Shown here: positions 50,109 through 61,864 of the stretch, one piece after another
How positions within the stretch are numbered: the stretch's first letter is position 1
How the letters are laid out: every line of letters starts with the position of its first letter
Source of the DNA: Oikopleura dioica
Lineage: Eukaryota > Animalia > Chordata
Reading direction: 5' to 3'
Assembly (NCBI GenBank): GCA_907165135.1
Contig: OU015566.1
Location: 12,028,001-12,092,000, forward strand
DNA: 64,000 bases
Notes under the pieces: model-generated
Seen by the model: the letters and a program-made list of their open reading frames with translations, nothing else
What the model was told of the DNA's origin: nothing
Database searches by the model: none
Made by a program: the position numbers and the translations under genes

Positions 50109-53100
50109 TTAGAATTCGAAGCGAGTGCGAGCTGGGCTAGGAACATTGTCTGATGTGGGTGTGGGTCCAACGGTTGTCATGGCTGTATCTGGAGTCGGAC
50201 CATCACTGGTTCGAGGAGGCACTAGAAATATCGTTAAATAGTGAACGCTTATCGTTTATACCAAGTGGTACGTAATCAGAGCCAGTATTTGTTGAAGGAA
50301 GCCTTGGAGCAGTATAAAATCGTCTTTAATAAGTCTACATAACGAAATCCACATAAATATCACGCTAAAATGTCGAGGGAAAAATGAATAGACCCGTTCC
50401 TATCAAGTGCAGGTTTTTGACTCCTTGGTCTCGTCGGAACCTTCTTGTCATCTTCTCGCACTCTTTCCGATTGCTTACGAATTTTTTTCTGCTCTTTGGG
50501 CTTCTCAACTTGCCACCAAGCTTTCATCGCATTCTTGACGTTCTTGCGATGCTCGACTTCTCGTTCGTAGTTGTAAGTCAATTCTCTTGGCCTAGTTGGT
50601 TACTTATAAGAAGAAAAGATAGCTCCTACCTTTGGATATTTTCTTCTCTTTCCCAGCTGTTTGAAGGACTAGACTGACTCTCCATTTGACGCGTTTCTTC
50701 TGAAACCTTCTTCAAATAGTTTAAAAAGTCTTCTTTGTCTTGATCCGTTCTTTCCGAAAGGGGGTTCCTGTGGAAAGGTCTCCCGACCTTTGCTTCCCAG
50801 TCCCGCTCATCGTGAACTAGGAGCCGTGGGTCCCAACTCTCCAGCCACTGTTGAATGCTATCTACACGGGTGACTGGAGGGTACACGATACTCGAATAGC
50901 ATCTCGAGTTGTCGGCTTTGCAAGCACCAAGGAAATTTACAATATGAAAGCCGAGGAAGCAGTAGTTTGTCCAATCGTTCAAGCCGAATTTTCGGTTCCC
51001 TTTTATTCCATCATACGTTCTAAAATCAAAGTCTTAAAATGATTTTGACGGCTCAGCGAGACCTGGTACGACCGCCGTTAAAATCTTGATAAGAAGGCAA
51101 GTTAGGCGGATGGCACATCCAAAAGATAGATTCCTCCTTTTTGACTTCATTGGATCGATGAGTACGATCATGGTAATCTTTGTAGATGGGTTCTAATTTA
51201 TTGTTACTAATTGGAGACGTAGTTGTTTCTCGGCGAGTAACATCCTTCACAGCGCTCGAATCGATGACGCCTTTAATGATTAGGTCTTCCCACATGAAGT
51301 TATTCTGGAGGCGAAATTGAACAACCATTTCCATCAGACGCTCATGAATCTCACGCCGTCTAAATTAATTTAAAGATATTTTCGGTTAAGATAAGGCGAC
51401 CTTTTCGGAGATCTCTCGAGAATAATCGCTGCTTGTAAATAAACAACCCAAGTGTCGTTGATAAGGACCATCTTTTTGTGAAGTTCAGACTTATTTCCCT
51501 TCCACAAGTCATCCAGCCTTGTACTTTGTAAAATATCGAGAGTATACAAGGTTATTTGCTTGGCAAGTTCGATGGGATGAAGAGTAAGAAGACTAAATTT
51601 GGCTGGGTTTTCTGTCTGGTGCCAGAGTGTCTTCTGTTTTCCGAGATCGACTGGCAAAGGTCCCCTTCTTGTGCTATCTGGTGAAAGAGAATTTCCACGA
51701 TAAAGAGGAAGTGAATTTTTAAGATGAGGATTCGCTTGAAAATCGAAGCTTTGATCGATGGTCTTTTTTAATGTTCGGAAAGCCGATCGCACTTTTACAG
51801 TGGATGTTTCCATAAGCGGCGTCATCCAGTCGAGAATCCTTTCCGCTAGAACTTTTCCGCCACCAAGAGGGCAGTGCATATCTTCCCATGGATCTTCTCT
51901 GACCCACTGAGTCAGGACCCGAATGACTCTGACTTGAACAGGGTTGTAATACTTGTTCTGATAACTTCGAAGAAATTCACCAAAACAGACCAAGCCGTTA
52001 TCGAGTTTTGCCTTGAAATCTTCATTCTCCTCGATAACTTTTGGCAAATTGAAACGAAGCTTGAGAAGGTGAAACAATTTATCAGGACTCAGGTCTTCGT
52101 CGTTTCCATCCTTGAGCTTTTTGTAAACGAATAGGAATATTCTTGTGTAGTGATCTTCCGCCGACTCGTGTGGATTTTGCGATTTCGGATTCTTCTTTAG
52201 GATCTGGTTCGATGGTGGTGACGTCAAGTAGTTTTCAATAATTTCCAGCAGGGAAATGAGATTTCGATTCGGAGTGGAAACTGTGTATTTTTCCCCAAAA
52301 GGAGAATCCGGTGCTTCTCGAAGAATCTCATTTCTATGAGGCTGGGGTGCTTCTGTATCAATTTGCGTTTTCAGCAACGCAGATATTTTCTCATTGATAG
52401 CACGGTGTTTCCGAGCTCGCAAAAGACCAACCATGAGTCGTCGTCTTTCAACATCCCTTTCATTAAACACCAAACAAATCGACTCGCTATTTTGGCTTAT
52501 CACTTTGTTTTGAAAAACGATCGTAATCTTCGTCTTAGTGGAGGTTTCGTCATCGAGACGTTCCAAAATCGTATCAGAAACATGGTTTGCGTGATTCCTT
52601 GGACCTTGCCACTCATCGATTTTGAACACAGCCCCTTCTGTCTTGGAGTAAATCAAGAAACCAACAGAAAAAGCTCTTTTTACAAGTGCAATTCTTCGTT
52701 CATCTTTTCTGTTCACAAGGATCTCCAAAGTATGCTTCATTTTCTTCACAACCTTCTTTGATATATGATTCTTCTTGCCATTAATATACTTTTCGATGGG
52801 CTCGTCCAAAATCAGCCTCTCAGCATCATCCCAAAACGCTCCAGATGGTTTTCCTCCCCAATAGGAAACTTTATCTGGACTTGTTCTCTCTTCAATCAAT
52901 CGTCGAAATTCCTTCACAGAATCGTCAAGATTCAGCTTTTCGTCAATTTCTCTATACCAAAGTGAAGGGAAGAAATTCTTGTCGTGTCTTTTAAAAGCAG
53001 TAAGCCAGTCTCTCGAAAGCAGATGTGTTAAACCATTCTTTAGCTTGTTCCCTTCTTCAAGAACTTTGTCAAGAACACTCGCCTCATTTCGAAGATAGTC

Positions 53101-54442
53101 TTCACGCAGCTGTTCTCCGTAACATTCGTCGATTTCCGCGTTGATCGCATCTTTGATCGAATTCAAATTTTCTATCGTGCAAAAAGCTCGGTAAATAGGA
53201 CGAAGCAAAAGCTCAGGAAGAAGCCAAACGACCTGGTCACGGATTTCGTAAAATTTCCTCTTTTCGTACTCATCCAGTCTGTTGATGATGTCAGATGAAC
53301 ACTCCTTCACTTTTGCTTCGATTTTTCTGTGAATGATGTCGTAGACTTCGGAGACAGATGGAGAGGGTCCTCTTGTTTCGCGCCCGTTTGTTTCGCTCCC
53401 GAGAATCTGTTTCACATATTCGATGAATGTATCCAGCACTTGTCCTTTTGCAACATCGTGAAAAATCTCCGCGATTGAGCCACTTTGGTCCTCTTTTCCG
53501 TCCATATCTCCGTCATCCCCGTCAAACATGTCATCAAGCTGATCCGTAAAACGGCGAGAGGTATTGAGCATTTGCTGCAAATATCCATGCTGGCCCAGTA
53601 GTTCAACATTGTAATGCCCGTGATATTTGAAGGCATTGTTGAGTTTTTCTAACAATTGGGGGAAGCACTTGAGCTCAACGACAAAATAGCCCAGTATTGC
53701 GTACAAATCGCGCTGAAAATTGCGCTCTCGCTTCAGGAATTCTTTCGCTTGAACGACCTCGTTAGAAGAGGCTTTCGGGTAGGTCATGATCATCTCGTCC
53801 GCCGGTACTTTCTGAACAAATATTTCCATCGTCACAATTGCTTTCTCGCATCCATCCATGCCAAAGATAGAATTGTTGATCGCCTTGATTATGCCAGCAA
53901 GAAACTCGAACTTAGCATATAGTGGGTAAAAGAAGACTTTCACGCAGCCAACGATGATTCTTGCCATTTTCTGATCACGATACTTTTTCTCGAGAATTCG
54001 ACATAATTCCGCCGTCTGCTTCTCCTCCTGATTTCTCTCCGACGACATGTTCAAAAAAGATCTTGCCTCAATCTCTACTTGCCACGTTTCCTTCTTTTTG
54101 GCGAAACCAGGAAGGACGTCGGGACCGCTGGTATCATCTCTCTCAAATCTTTCAGAAAGCTCATTCTGGAAGTTGTCGAGGAAAATCTTCGCCTTATTGA
54201 TACATGACTGGAGGTTGCTGTCATAAATCAGATTGATGGCCGCTCCGATGACGCGAACAATTCTCTCCGGCGGAAAATCTTTGTCGACTTCATATGGAAG
54301 TCCCCCATAAGATTGGAATAGTGTCTAAAAAATAAAATTATTAGTTCAACCATTTTCGACATGCAGAATCTAAAGCGGAAACGAGGAGTTTTTTACTTAC
54401 TTTGATAAAGTGGTCGCTTACAAAAGCTTGTCCAGCCGCCAT
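50109..54442 (-). CDS. Highly divergent Son-of-sevenless-like RasGEF (DH, PH, REM, CDC25)
   Basis: AKEFLKRERNFQRDLYAILGYF (SOS DH start), VQVRVIRVLTQWV (REM), FSLLTLHPIELAKQITL, NNF, HPP and IVNF (CDC25); low-complexity tail. Confidence 0.75.
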
Positions 54443-54805
54443 TTTTTGCTCTGGACTATCTGTTGACCGCTATTCTTTCTTCTTCACTCATATTTCTGCT
54501 TCGATTGTTTTCTTGCGCTCTTTTTTAGTTTCTCTGCATGACTCGTGGAAAGGCTTCTTTCTTCATAACTCAATTTTACTCTCGATGATTCTTCCGAAAC
54601 TGGCGGAAAATTCTAAACACCAAGTTTCAGCGTCGTTTCTCGCTATTTGCGCTCTTTCTGCGGTACGCCCAATCGCCAGCGCGTAGCGCCGCGCCCCTCC
54701 GAAGGAAAAAAAAAGAGAGAAAAGGAAAACCGAAGACTCGCGAATCGTAGGAACTCTTGTGTTACTGGAACCAAACGAAAAAGAGCAAGTAGAAGAGGTG
54801 GGTAA

Positions 54806-56367
54806 ATGTTCAAAATAGCAATCGTCGGCGCCGGCCCGGCAGGTGTCTCTGCAGCTGCCCGATTGTTGAAATCAGCCGCGAATAAGGATAGGGGTTCTTG
54901 ATCTTTCTAGGTGAAGATATTTTATATCTACGATTCAGCATGTATTCCATCCTAGTGTATCTTCAACTTTCGGTCGCACATCTCCTACCCCGCAACTTTG
55001 GTCTCCACATAGCGACTTATTTTTATTAATAATTGAGAAAATCAATACAATTCGCAATAATTCCATAAAAGAGAAGAACCACCTGTAGTTCCAAGTCAAC
55101 CTCTTCGACCGAAGCCTTGTTCCTTGGGGTCTTCTCCGCACTGGTGTTGCTCCAGATCATCCCGAAGTAAAACATACCGCTCAAACCTGGTCAAATGTCG
55201 CTGATTTTCCAAACTTCCACTTTTTCGGCGGAGTGAATGTTTCAGACTCGAACGAAAAAGGGATCAAATCCCAGTTTTCGCTGAAAGAACTGATGGAATG
55301 CCATGATTCCGTATTTCTATGCAACGGAGCGTATAATGCAAGAAGACTGAAGATCCCAGGAGCCGATTCAGAACGAGTGATAAATGCGCAAAAATTAGTC
55401 GGATATTATAATGCAGATGTGATGCAAAATCTTAGCTTTAATCCTTCTCATCTACAAGGTAAGACTTGCGAAAATATACTTTTATAAGATTCTCACTGAG
55501 AATTTCTCAGGCAACGTCGGAATAATTGGTGGTGGTAATGTCGCGTTAGATGTCGCACGAGTTCTATTGGAGCCAGAACTTTTACAACCAACTGATGTTA
55601 GTAAACATTTCATCGAGCAAGCTCAGAAAGTCGACAAGATCTCCATTTTTATTCGCCGCGGACCATTTGATCTCCCGTGCACGACCCGAGAGCTGCGAGA
55701 GCTGATTCATCTCCCGTCGGTTTCGAGAATTATCATAAAAGGCTTAGATGAACCACTCGGAGAATCAGAAAAATACAAAAAGCTCATGAAATCGAGAAAA
55801 GTTCAAGAACGGAAGACGAAGCGCCTGTTAAAATTGCTTGCTGAATCAGAAACTGACCAGAAAGCCGGATCGTTCGGAAAAGGAAAAACCGTCGAATTCA
55901 ACTTCTTTCATACCCCAGAAAATATCTTGGACGCCGACAATGGTGGAATATCTGTAGAGTTTTCTCACCAAGGAAACTCAAGACGTGTTGATCTCTCAGC
56001 GCTGGTAGAATCTCTTGGCTACGAGAAAACACCAGTTTCTAACTTCATTACTGATGTTGATACGAAGACAGGACGAGCAAGTGCGTTCGACAGACCGATT
56101 TACCTGTCAGGCTGGGCACTTGGCGGGGCGAAAGGAGTTGTAGGTGATTCAACAGAGTCTTCAAGACTCGCTGTTCAAAGTTTATTCGACGACATTGAAA
56201 GTGGAACTCTTCAAGCTTTACCAAGACCTGACATCGTCTCATTACCTCATTCTAACTGGGAGAATTGGAGAAAAATCGACGAAGAAGAGCTCCGAAGAGG
56301 GCAAGAAAACGGAAAACAACGTGATAAAATTCTTTCAATATCTGAAATGCTCAAGATAACTGAATGA
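54806..56367 (+). CDS. FDXR: NADPH:adrenodoxin (ferredoxin) reductase
   Basis: IAIVGAGPAG, PWGLLRTGVAPDHPEVK, IIGGGNVALDVARVLL, IRRGP, YLSGWALGGAKGV, WRKIDEEE...GKQRDKI. Confidence 0.92.
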
Positions 56368-56441
56368 GAACGTATTAAACTGATAATAAACAGGAATAAC
56401 CAATAAAAAGAGTCTCAATAAAACCAATCGCTGGTTTTAGA

Positions 56442-59400
56442 ATGAGTTTTGGTGGTGAGGGGCTCTTTGATGTATTTTCTGGAGAGTCCGGCGCTTCTGC
56501 CGTCGAAGCAAAGACTAATGGAGAAGGAAAGAGAAAAATGGACGATCCAGTCGGTAAAGCCCCATTGCTCTTCAAACCTGTTGATCAATCTGTATTTTAG
56601 CAATAATCGACGAGAAAAGACTGAAAGATGATGACGAGGCGGAAATGCGTACTCTTCTTGATTCACTGCCGAAAATCAAAACGGTCAAACTCGACGTTGC
56701 TGGATGCTCGCACGAAGTATCCGTTCATTCTAGCGAAGAAGTGCCTGAATTACAAGTAAACACCTTTCTCTGACCTATTGATAATGTTTTTCTAGCCACG
56801 AACAGGTCCACCAGCTAGGGAATACAAATTTACTCTTGATCCCTTCCAAGAAAGATCCGTGCTCTGCCTCGACAATCATCAGTCTGTTCTTGTTTCTGCG
56901 CATACATCTGCTGGAAAAACGGTCGTCGCAGAATATGCGATTTCTTTGGCTCTCCGAGACAAGCAGCGAGTCATTTACACGACTCCAATCAAGGTTATTC
57001 TCCTGCTAACTGAAAGGCTTTATGAAAAATAAATTCAGGCACTCTCCAATCAAAAATATCGAGATCTTCAAGAGGAATTCGTCGATGTCGGTTTAATGAC
57101 AGGTGATGTGACGATCAATCCGTCCGCATCCTGCCTCGTAATGACAACTGAAATTCTCCGATCAATGCTGTACAAAGGCTCTGAAATTATGCGCGAAGTC
57201 CAGTGGGTGGTTTTTGACGAAATTCACTACATGAGAGACTCTGAGCGAGGCGTTGTTTGGGAGGAGACGATCATCTTGCTCCCTGACAACGTTCGATACG
57301 TTTTCCTTTCTGCGACAATCCCCAATGCAAAGGAATTCGCCGAGTGGATTTGTCATCTGCATAAGCAGCCCTGCAATGCCGTGTATACGGAGTACCGTCC
57401 AACTCCTCTCCAGCACTACATCTTCCCCTGTGGAGGTGATGGACTTCATTTAGTAGTCAACGACAAGAGAGAGTTTAACGATGCGGAGTTCGACAATGCA
57501 ATGGCTGTATTGAGGTAATTATTCACACAAAACTCGATCATAACTTCAACTCAGAAATGCTGGAGATATGGCTAGGGTTTCTCACGGGAAAATGGTAGTT
57601 ATCACTTTTTTCTGAAAATTTCATCGTTAGCTTAATTTGACCCGCTGATTCCAAAAATACAAAAATCAGAGGCGCCGGTCGACGTTTTGGTGGTGCAGCG
57701 CGCGCTGTCTTGGCGCACTTGGTGCAAGGGAGATTTTTCAGTGAAAATTTCCCAAAATAGTTTTCTATAGGTTTTTGAACAAAGTGAACCCGAAACTAAT
57801 GGTTATTTTGTTAAATAACAGTTATTATTATACAGCAGTATCTTACAACATGTCGATTTAATTATTTCATGAGATACCACTTCTGAGGTAGGTACTTCTG
57901 CTCTGATTCCTCTCGAAAAAATAAGAATAGTCTGCTTTGACTTTTTTGTTTAATCTATGGAAAAGTTCGGATTCCTTCTGCCGAAGGAATATGTTCTTTT
58001 TTTTTGAATCTTTAATACTTCTGCAAACCCATGTTCAGAAACTAATTGACAATTAGCTTTTTTCGGCATTTTCGAGGGTAAGCCGCATTATTGACAATGA
58101 AATTATCATGTTTTAATCGGAAATCCCCCAATTAATGCATCGAACCACTTTATTTTGTCACCTTCTACAGAAAGGTTCGGACTGCTCTCCGGGGGAGTGA
58201 GTAAATATACGCGTTTTCAGGCCAGGCGCTGACCCCGTGCGCGACTCCAGCGCGCGCGCAATGTCAAAAAGTTTTAGTTAAATGCGGATTTCTTGGTGAC
58301 CGGCTATTTTCGGCTATCCAAAAATTTAAGAGGTGAATTCTTTATGCTTGAGATTGATCATATTCAAAAATCGAGACTGTGTCTGAGTGTGTTCAGTGTT
58401 AAAGTGAAGATTTTTCACTAAAATTTCCATTTTTTCGCCTTTTTTTCAAAGAAAACTTAAAATTTGATAGCATATTGTTAATCATCATCCTCGATTTAGT
58501 ATTGTCCTTAATTTTCATATAAAACCTATGAGAAAAAGTGATAACGGCAATCGCGGTCAGAAGGCGTTCCGAGCCCCGCGCGCTCCCGTGAAAAACCCTA
58601 GATATGGCAAAAGGCGACGCTCGAAACAGACGACAACCTCGAGGAGGAACTCAAGGACCAAGCAACATCAAGAAGCTCGTCAAATATTGCCACGAGAACA
58701 GCTTCCTACCGCTGATTGTCTTCAGTTTTTCAAAGAAAGATGTCGAAGGTACTAATAGATCTCTAGAACTGATTTCTCCCTTTTTTGTTGATAGCGGAGA
58801 TTAACACCAAGAAATGCTTCGAGGCCCTCGATCGTGGGAATCAAAAGCATTTCATGCTAGTTTTTGTATGTGAAAGTCTATAATTTATTGACTACAACTG
58901 AAGCGCTTATGAGCAGTTGTTGGAAAGGAAGGCAATAAGGTTGGCTCGGTCACCCTTCTTCTTGAGGCCAGCGAAGACCATCTTTGTTCCTAAAAAACCC
59001 ATTATATCTAGTTCCTTTAAGAACAAATCTTACCGGGAACAAATTTCTTGGGGTTGGTGAGCCACTGCTCGAGGGAAGATTCATCCCAAACGATGCCAGA
59101 AGCTAGAATAGATGTTGTCATCTCTCTTTCATAAAATTTAATTTACATTTGATGGCATCAGAGTAGTTGAAGGAGGTCTGGGCGGCGGGCTTGCCGTAGA
59201 ATCCAGCAAGAGCAGGTCCCTGACCGTGCTTTCCTCCGGCTTCGTAGGAGTGGCACTAGATATCGTTAACTACTGATTTTTTTAATAATGATTTACCTGT
59301 TTGCACTTCTGGACAAAAAGCTTCTTTCCCTTGGCTTCAGACATGTTCTTATCTACAAATTTCGATAGTGAAATGTGGACTAGAGCAACAAGTTATGCTG

Positions 59401-61791
59401 AAAAAGGATTAACCCGGGCGGCCTCCCCCACGGCCATCTGAAACATGCCCTGCAGGGAGATAGGTCAAAATTGCGTAATCTATGAAAAATCGAGCACTTA
59501 CTTGCGAGCTTGTATCGAACTAACTGAAGTGCTGATAAGCAAAATATCGCAAAATCAGCGATGTTCTAGAAAAAGTTACATAACTCAAAATATTCAAAAG
59601 CACTTTTCAGCAAATGCGATGGAAATCCAAAGACAGGGAGGCCTTGACTTCACGACAGAACACGAAAAGAAGCTCATCACGGAAGTTTACAACAATGCCA
59701 TGGAGTGTCTATCTGACGAGGATCGACAACTCCCTCAAGTAGCAAATATCCTCCCAATTTTGAAAAAGGGAATCGGTATTCACCACGGTGGTCTTCTTCC
59801 TATCCTCAAAGAAACCATCGAAATCCTTTTCTCTGAAAACCTTATCAAATGTCTTTTCGCGACGGAAACTTTCGCCATGGGAGTCAACATGCCCGCAAAA
59901 ACTGTTGTCTTCACATCTCATAGAAAATTTGATGGAAAGGTTGGAAAATTTTCCCGAAACGTAAACTAATCATCCTTTAGGACTTCCGACCTATCAGTGG
60001 CGGTGAATATATCCAAATGTCTGGTCGAGCCGGTCGTCGAGGCATGGATACCAAAGGTATCGTCATTCTCATGGTCGACGACCAGATTACGCCCGCCATT
60101 GCGAAGGAGCTTCTTCAAGGCAAAGCAGACGCGCTCAACTCAGCTTTCCATCTCACCTACAACATGGTTCTCAACTTACTCCGAGTGGAAGACATCAATC
60201 CCGAGTGGCTTCTCGAAAAATCTTTCTACCAGTTTCAGCATTGCAACAAGGTTCCTGGCATGATTAGAGATCTTGATGAGCTCAGCGAGAGTTTGAAAGA
60301 TATCACTGTTGACGATGAAGAGTCCGCCACCAGCTACTACAAGCTTCGACAGCAGATTGAAAGACTCGGCCGACAAATGGACCAGATTATTCTTTCGCCA
60401 AAGCATGTGCTTCCATTTTTGAACCCAGGGCGATTGGTCAAAGTCAGACATGGAAAGAAGAACTTCGGATGGGGAATAATTGTCAACTTCAAGAAACAGA
60501 AAGAAACTGGACCCGATGAGGAACCGATTTATCGCGTCGACGTCATGGTAAACTGCGATAAGGAGTCGATCAAGAAGACTTCTACTGATCTCGCCCAGCC
60601 TGCAGAAGGTTAGTTATCAATTGATGTTGCCTTCTCTGAAAGCGCATTTTTAGGATCTGATGGAACAATGGAGGTCATCGGCTTTTCACTGAAAGACTGC
60701 CTATCATCACTGAGTTGCATCCGCCTTATGATTCCACAAAAACTTACTGGAGCAGATGAGCGACGAAAATGCCGAGACCAGTTGAAAGAAATTCAGCGGC
60801 GATATCCTGATGGCCTTCCACTGCTTGATCCAATCGAGGACATGAATATTATTGGTAGCTGTCTTTATTAAAGAGTGGCCTCGTTAAAATTTGATTCAGA
60901 TCCGAAAATCACGGAAATAATTCGAAAGATTGAAGCTTACGAAAAGCGTCTTTTCACACACCCACTTCACGGAGGGCAAGATACAGAAAACCTTCTTTCT
61001 CAAGTCGAAAAGAAGCAAAAAGTACTGAGTGGAATCAAAGACAAGAAGAAGGAACTGAAGAAAGCCAAGCAAGTTATCCAGCTGGACGAGTTGAAAGCCC
61101 GCAAACGAGTTCTCAGAAGACTTGGTTATGCAACGGATGCTGATGTAATCGAGACGAAGGGTCGCGTCGCCTGTGAGGTTTCAACTGCTGATGAGGTAGA
61201 AAAATGATTGATGATGATCTCTATTAACTTTTTGCGTAGCTTCTTCTCACGGAAATGATTTTCAATGGAATTTTCAACACAATGACTGTGGAACAGTGCA
61301 CTTCGGTACTTTCCTGCTTGATTTTCCAAGAAAAGGGTGATCCACCGAAACTAGCGGAGGAGCTTGCAGCGCCATTGAGAACCATGCAAGAATGTGCCAA
61401 ACGAATTGCGAAAGTTTCGATCGAATGCAAATTAGATTTGGAAGAGGAAGAATATATCAAGGTTAATTTTTCACTGCTATTCTAATGAAACATTATTTTA
61501 AGCAAATTAACCCCAACCTGATGGATGTTGTTGATGCTTGGTGTAAGGGAGGAACCTTCAAGCAGATTGTTGAGCTTACAGAAGTGTACGAAGGATCGAT
61601 TATCAGAGCAATGAGAAGACTGGAAGAGCTCTTGCGGGACATGTGTCACGCTGCGAAGGGTATATTTTATATCAAAAAGGCACATCTAATGTTTTTAAGC
61701 TATCGGAAATGAAGAGTTAGAGGCAAAGTTCACGCAAGGAATTGAAAAGATTAAGAGAGATATTGTTTTTGCTGCCTCACTCTATTTGTAG
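56442..61791 (+). CDS. MTREX: Exosome RNA helicase MTR4 (SKIV2L2), interrupted by a hAT element and hosting a nested gene
   Basis: [94 protein letters not shown]. Confidence 0.97.
57573..58600. mobile_element. Non-autonomous hAT-type element (1028 bp) inserted in an MTR4 coding exon
   Basis: TIR TAGGGTTTCTCACGGGA / TAGGGTTTTTCACGGGA (16/17); perfect 8-bp TSD GATATGGC (57565-57572 / 58601-58608); no transposase ORF; removal restores [15 protein letters not shown]. Confidence 0.93.
58907..59344 (-). CDS. CYCS: Cytochrome c, 3 introns, nested antisense in an MTR4 intron
   Basis: [16 protein letters not shown]|[36 protein letters not shown]|[23 protein letters not shown]|[27 protein letters not shown]; CxxCH and the Met ligand are intact; absent from the ORF track. 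Confidence 0.93.
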
Positions 61792-61864
61792 ATGAATCGT
61801 TCAGAAACTGCCAGACACACTTACAGTTAAACGAAGTAGAAATAAAAAAAATAAGTTAAAAAGA

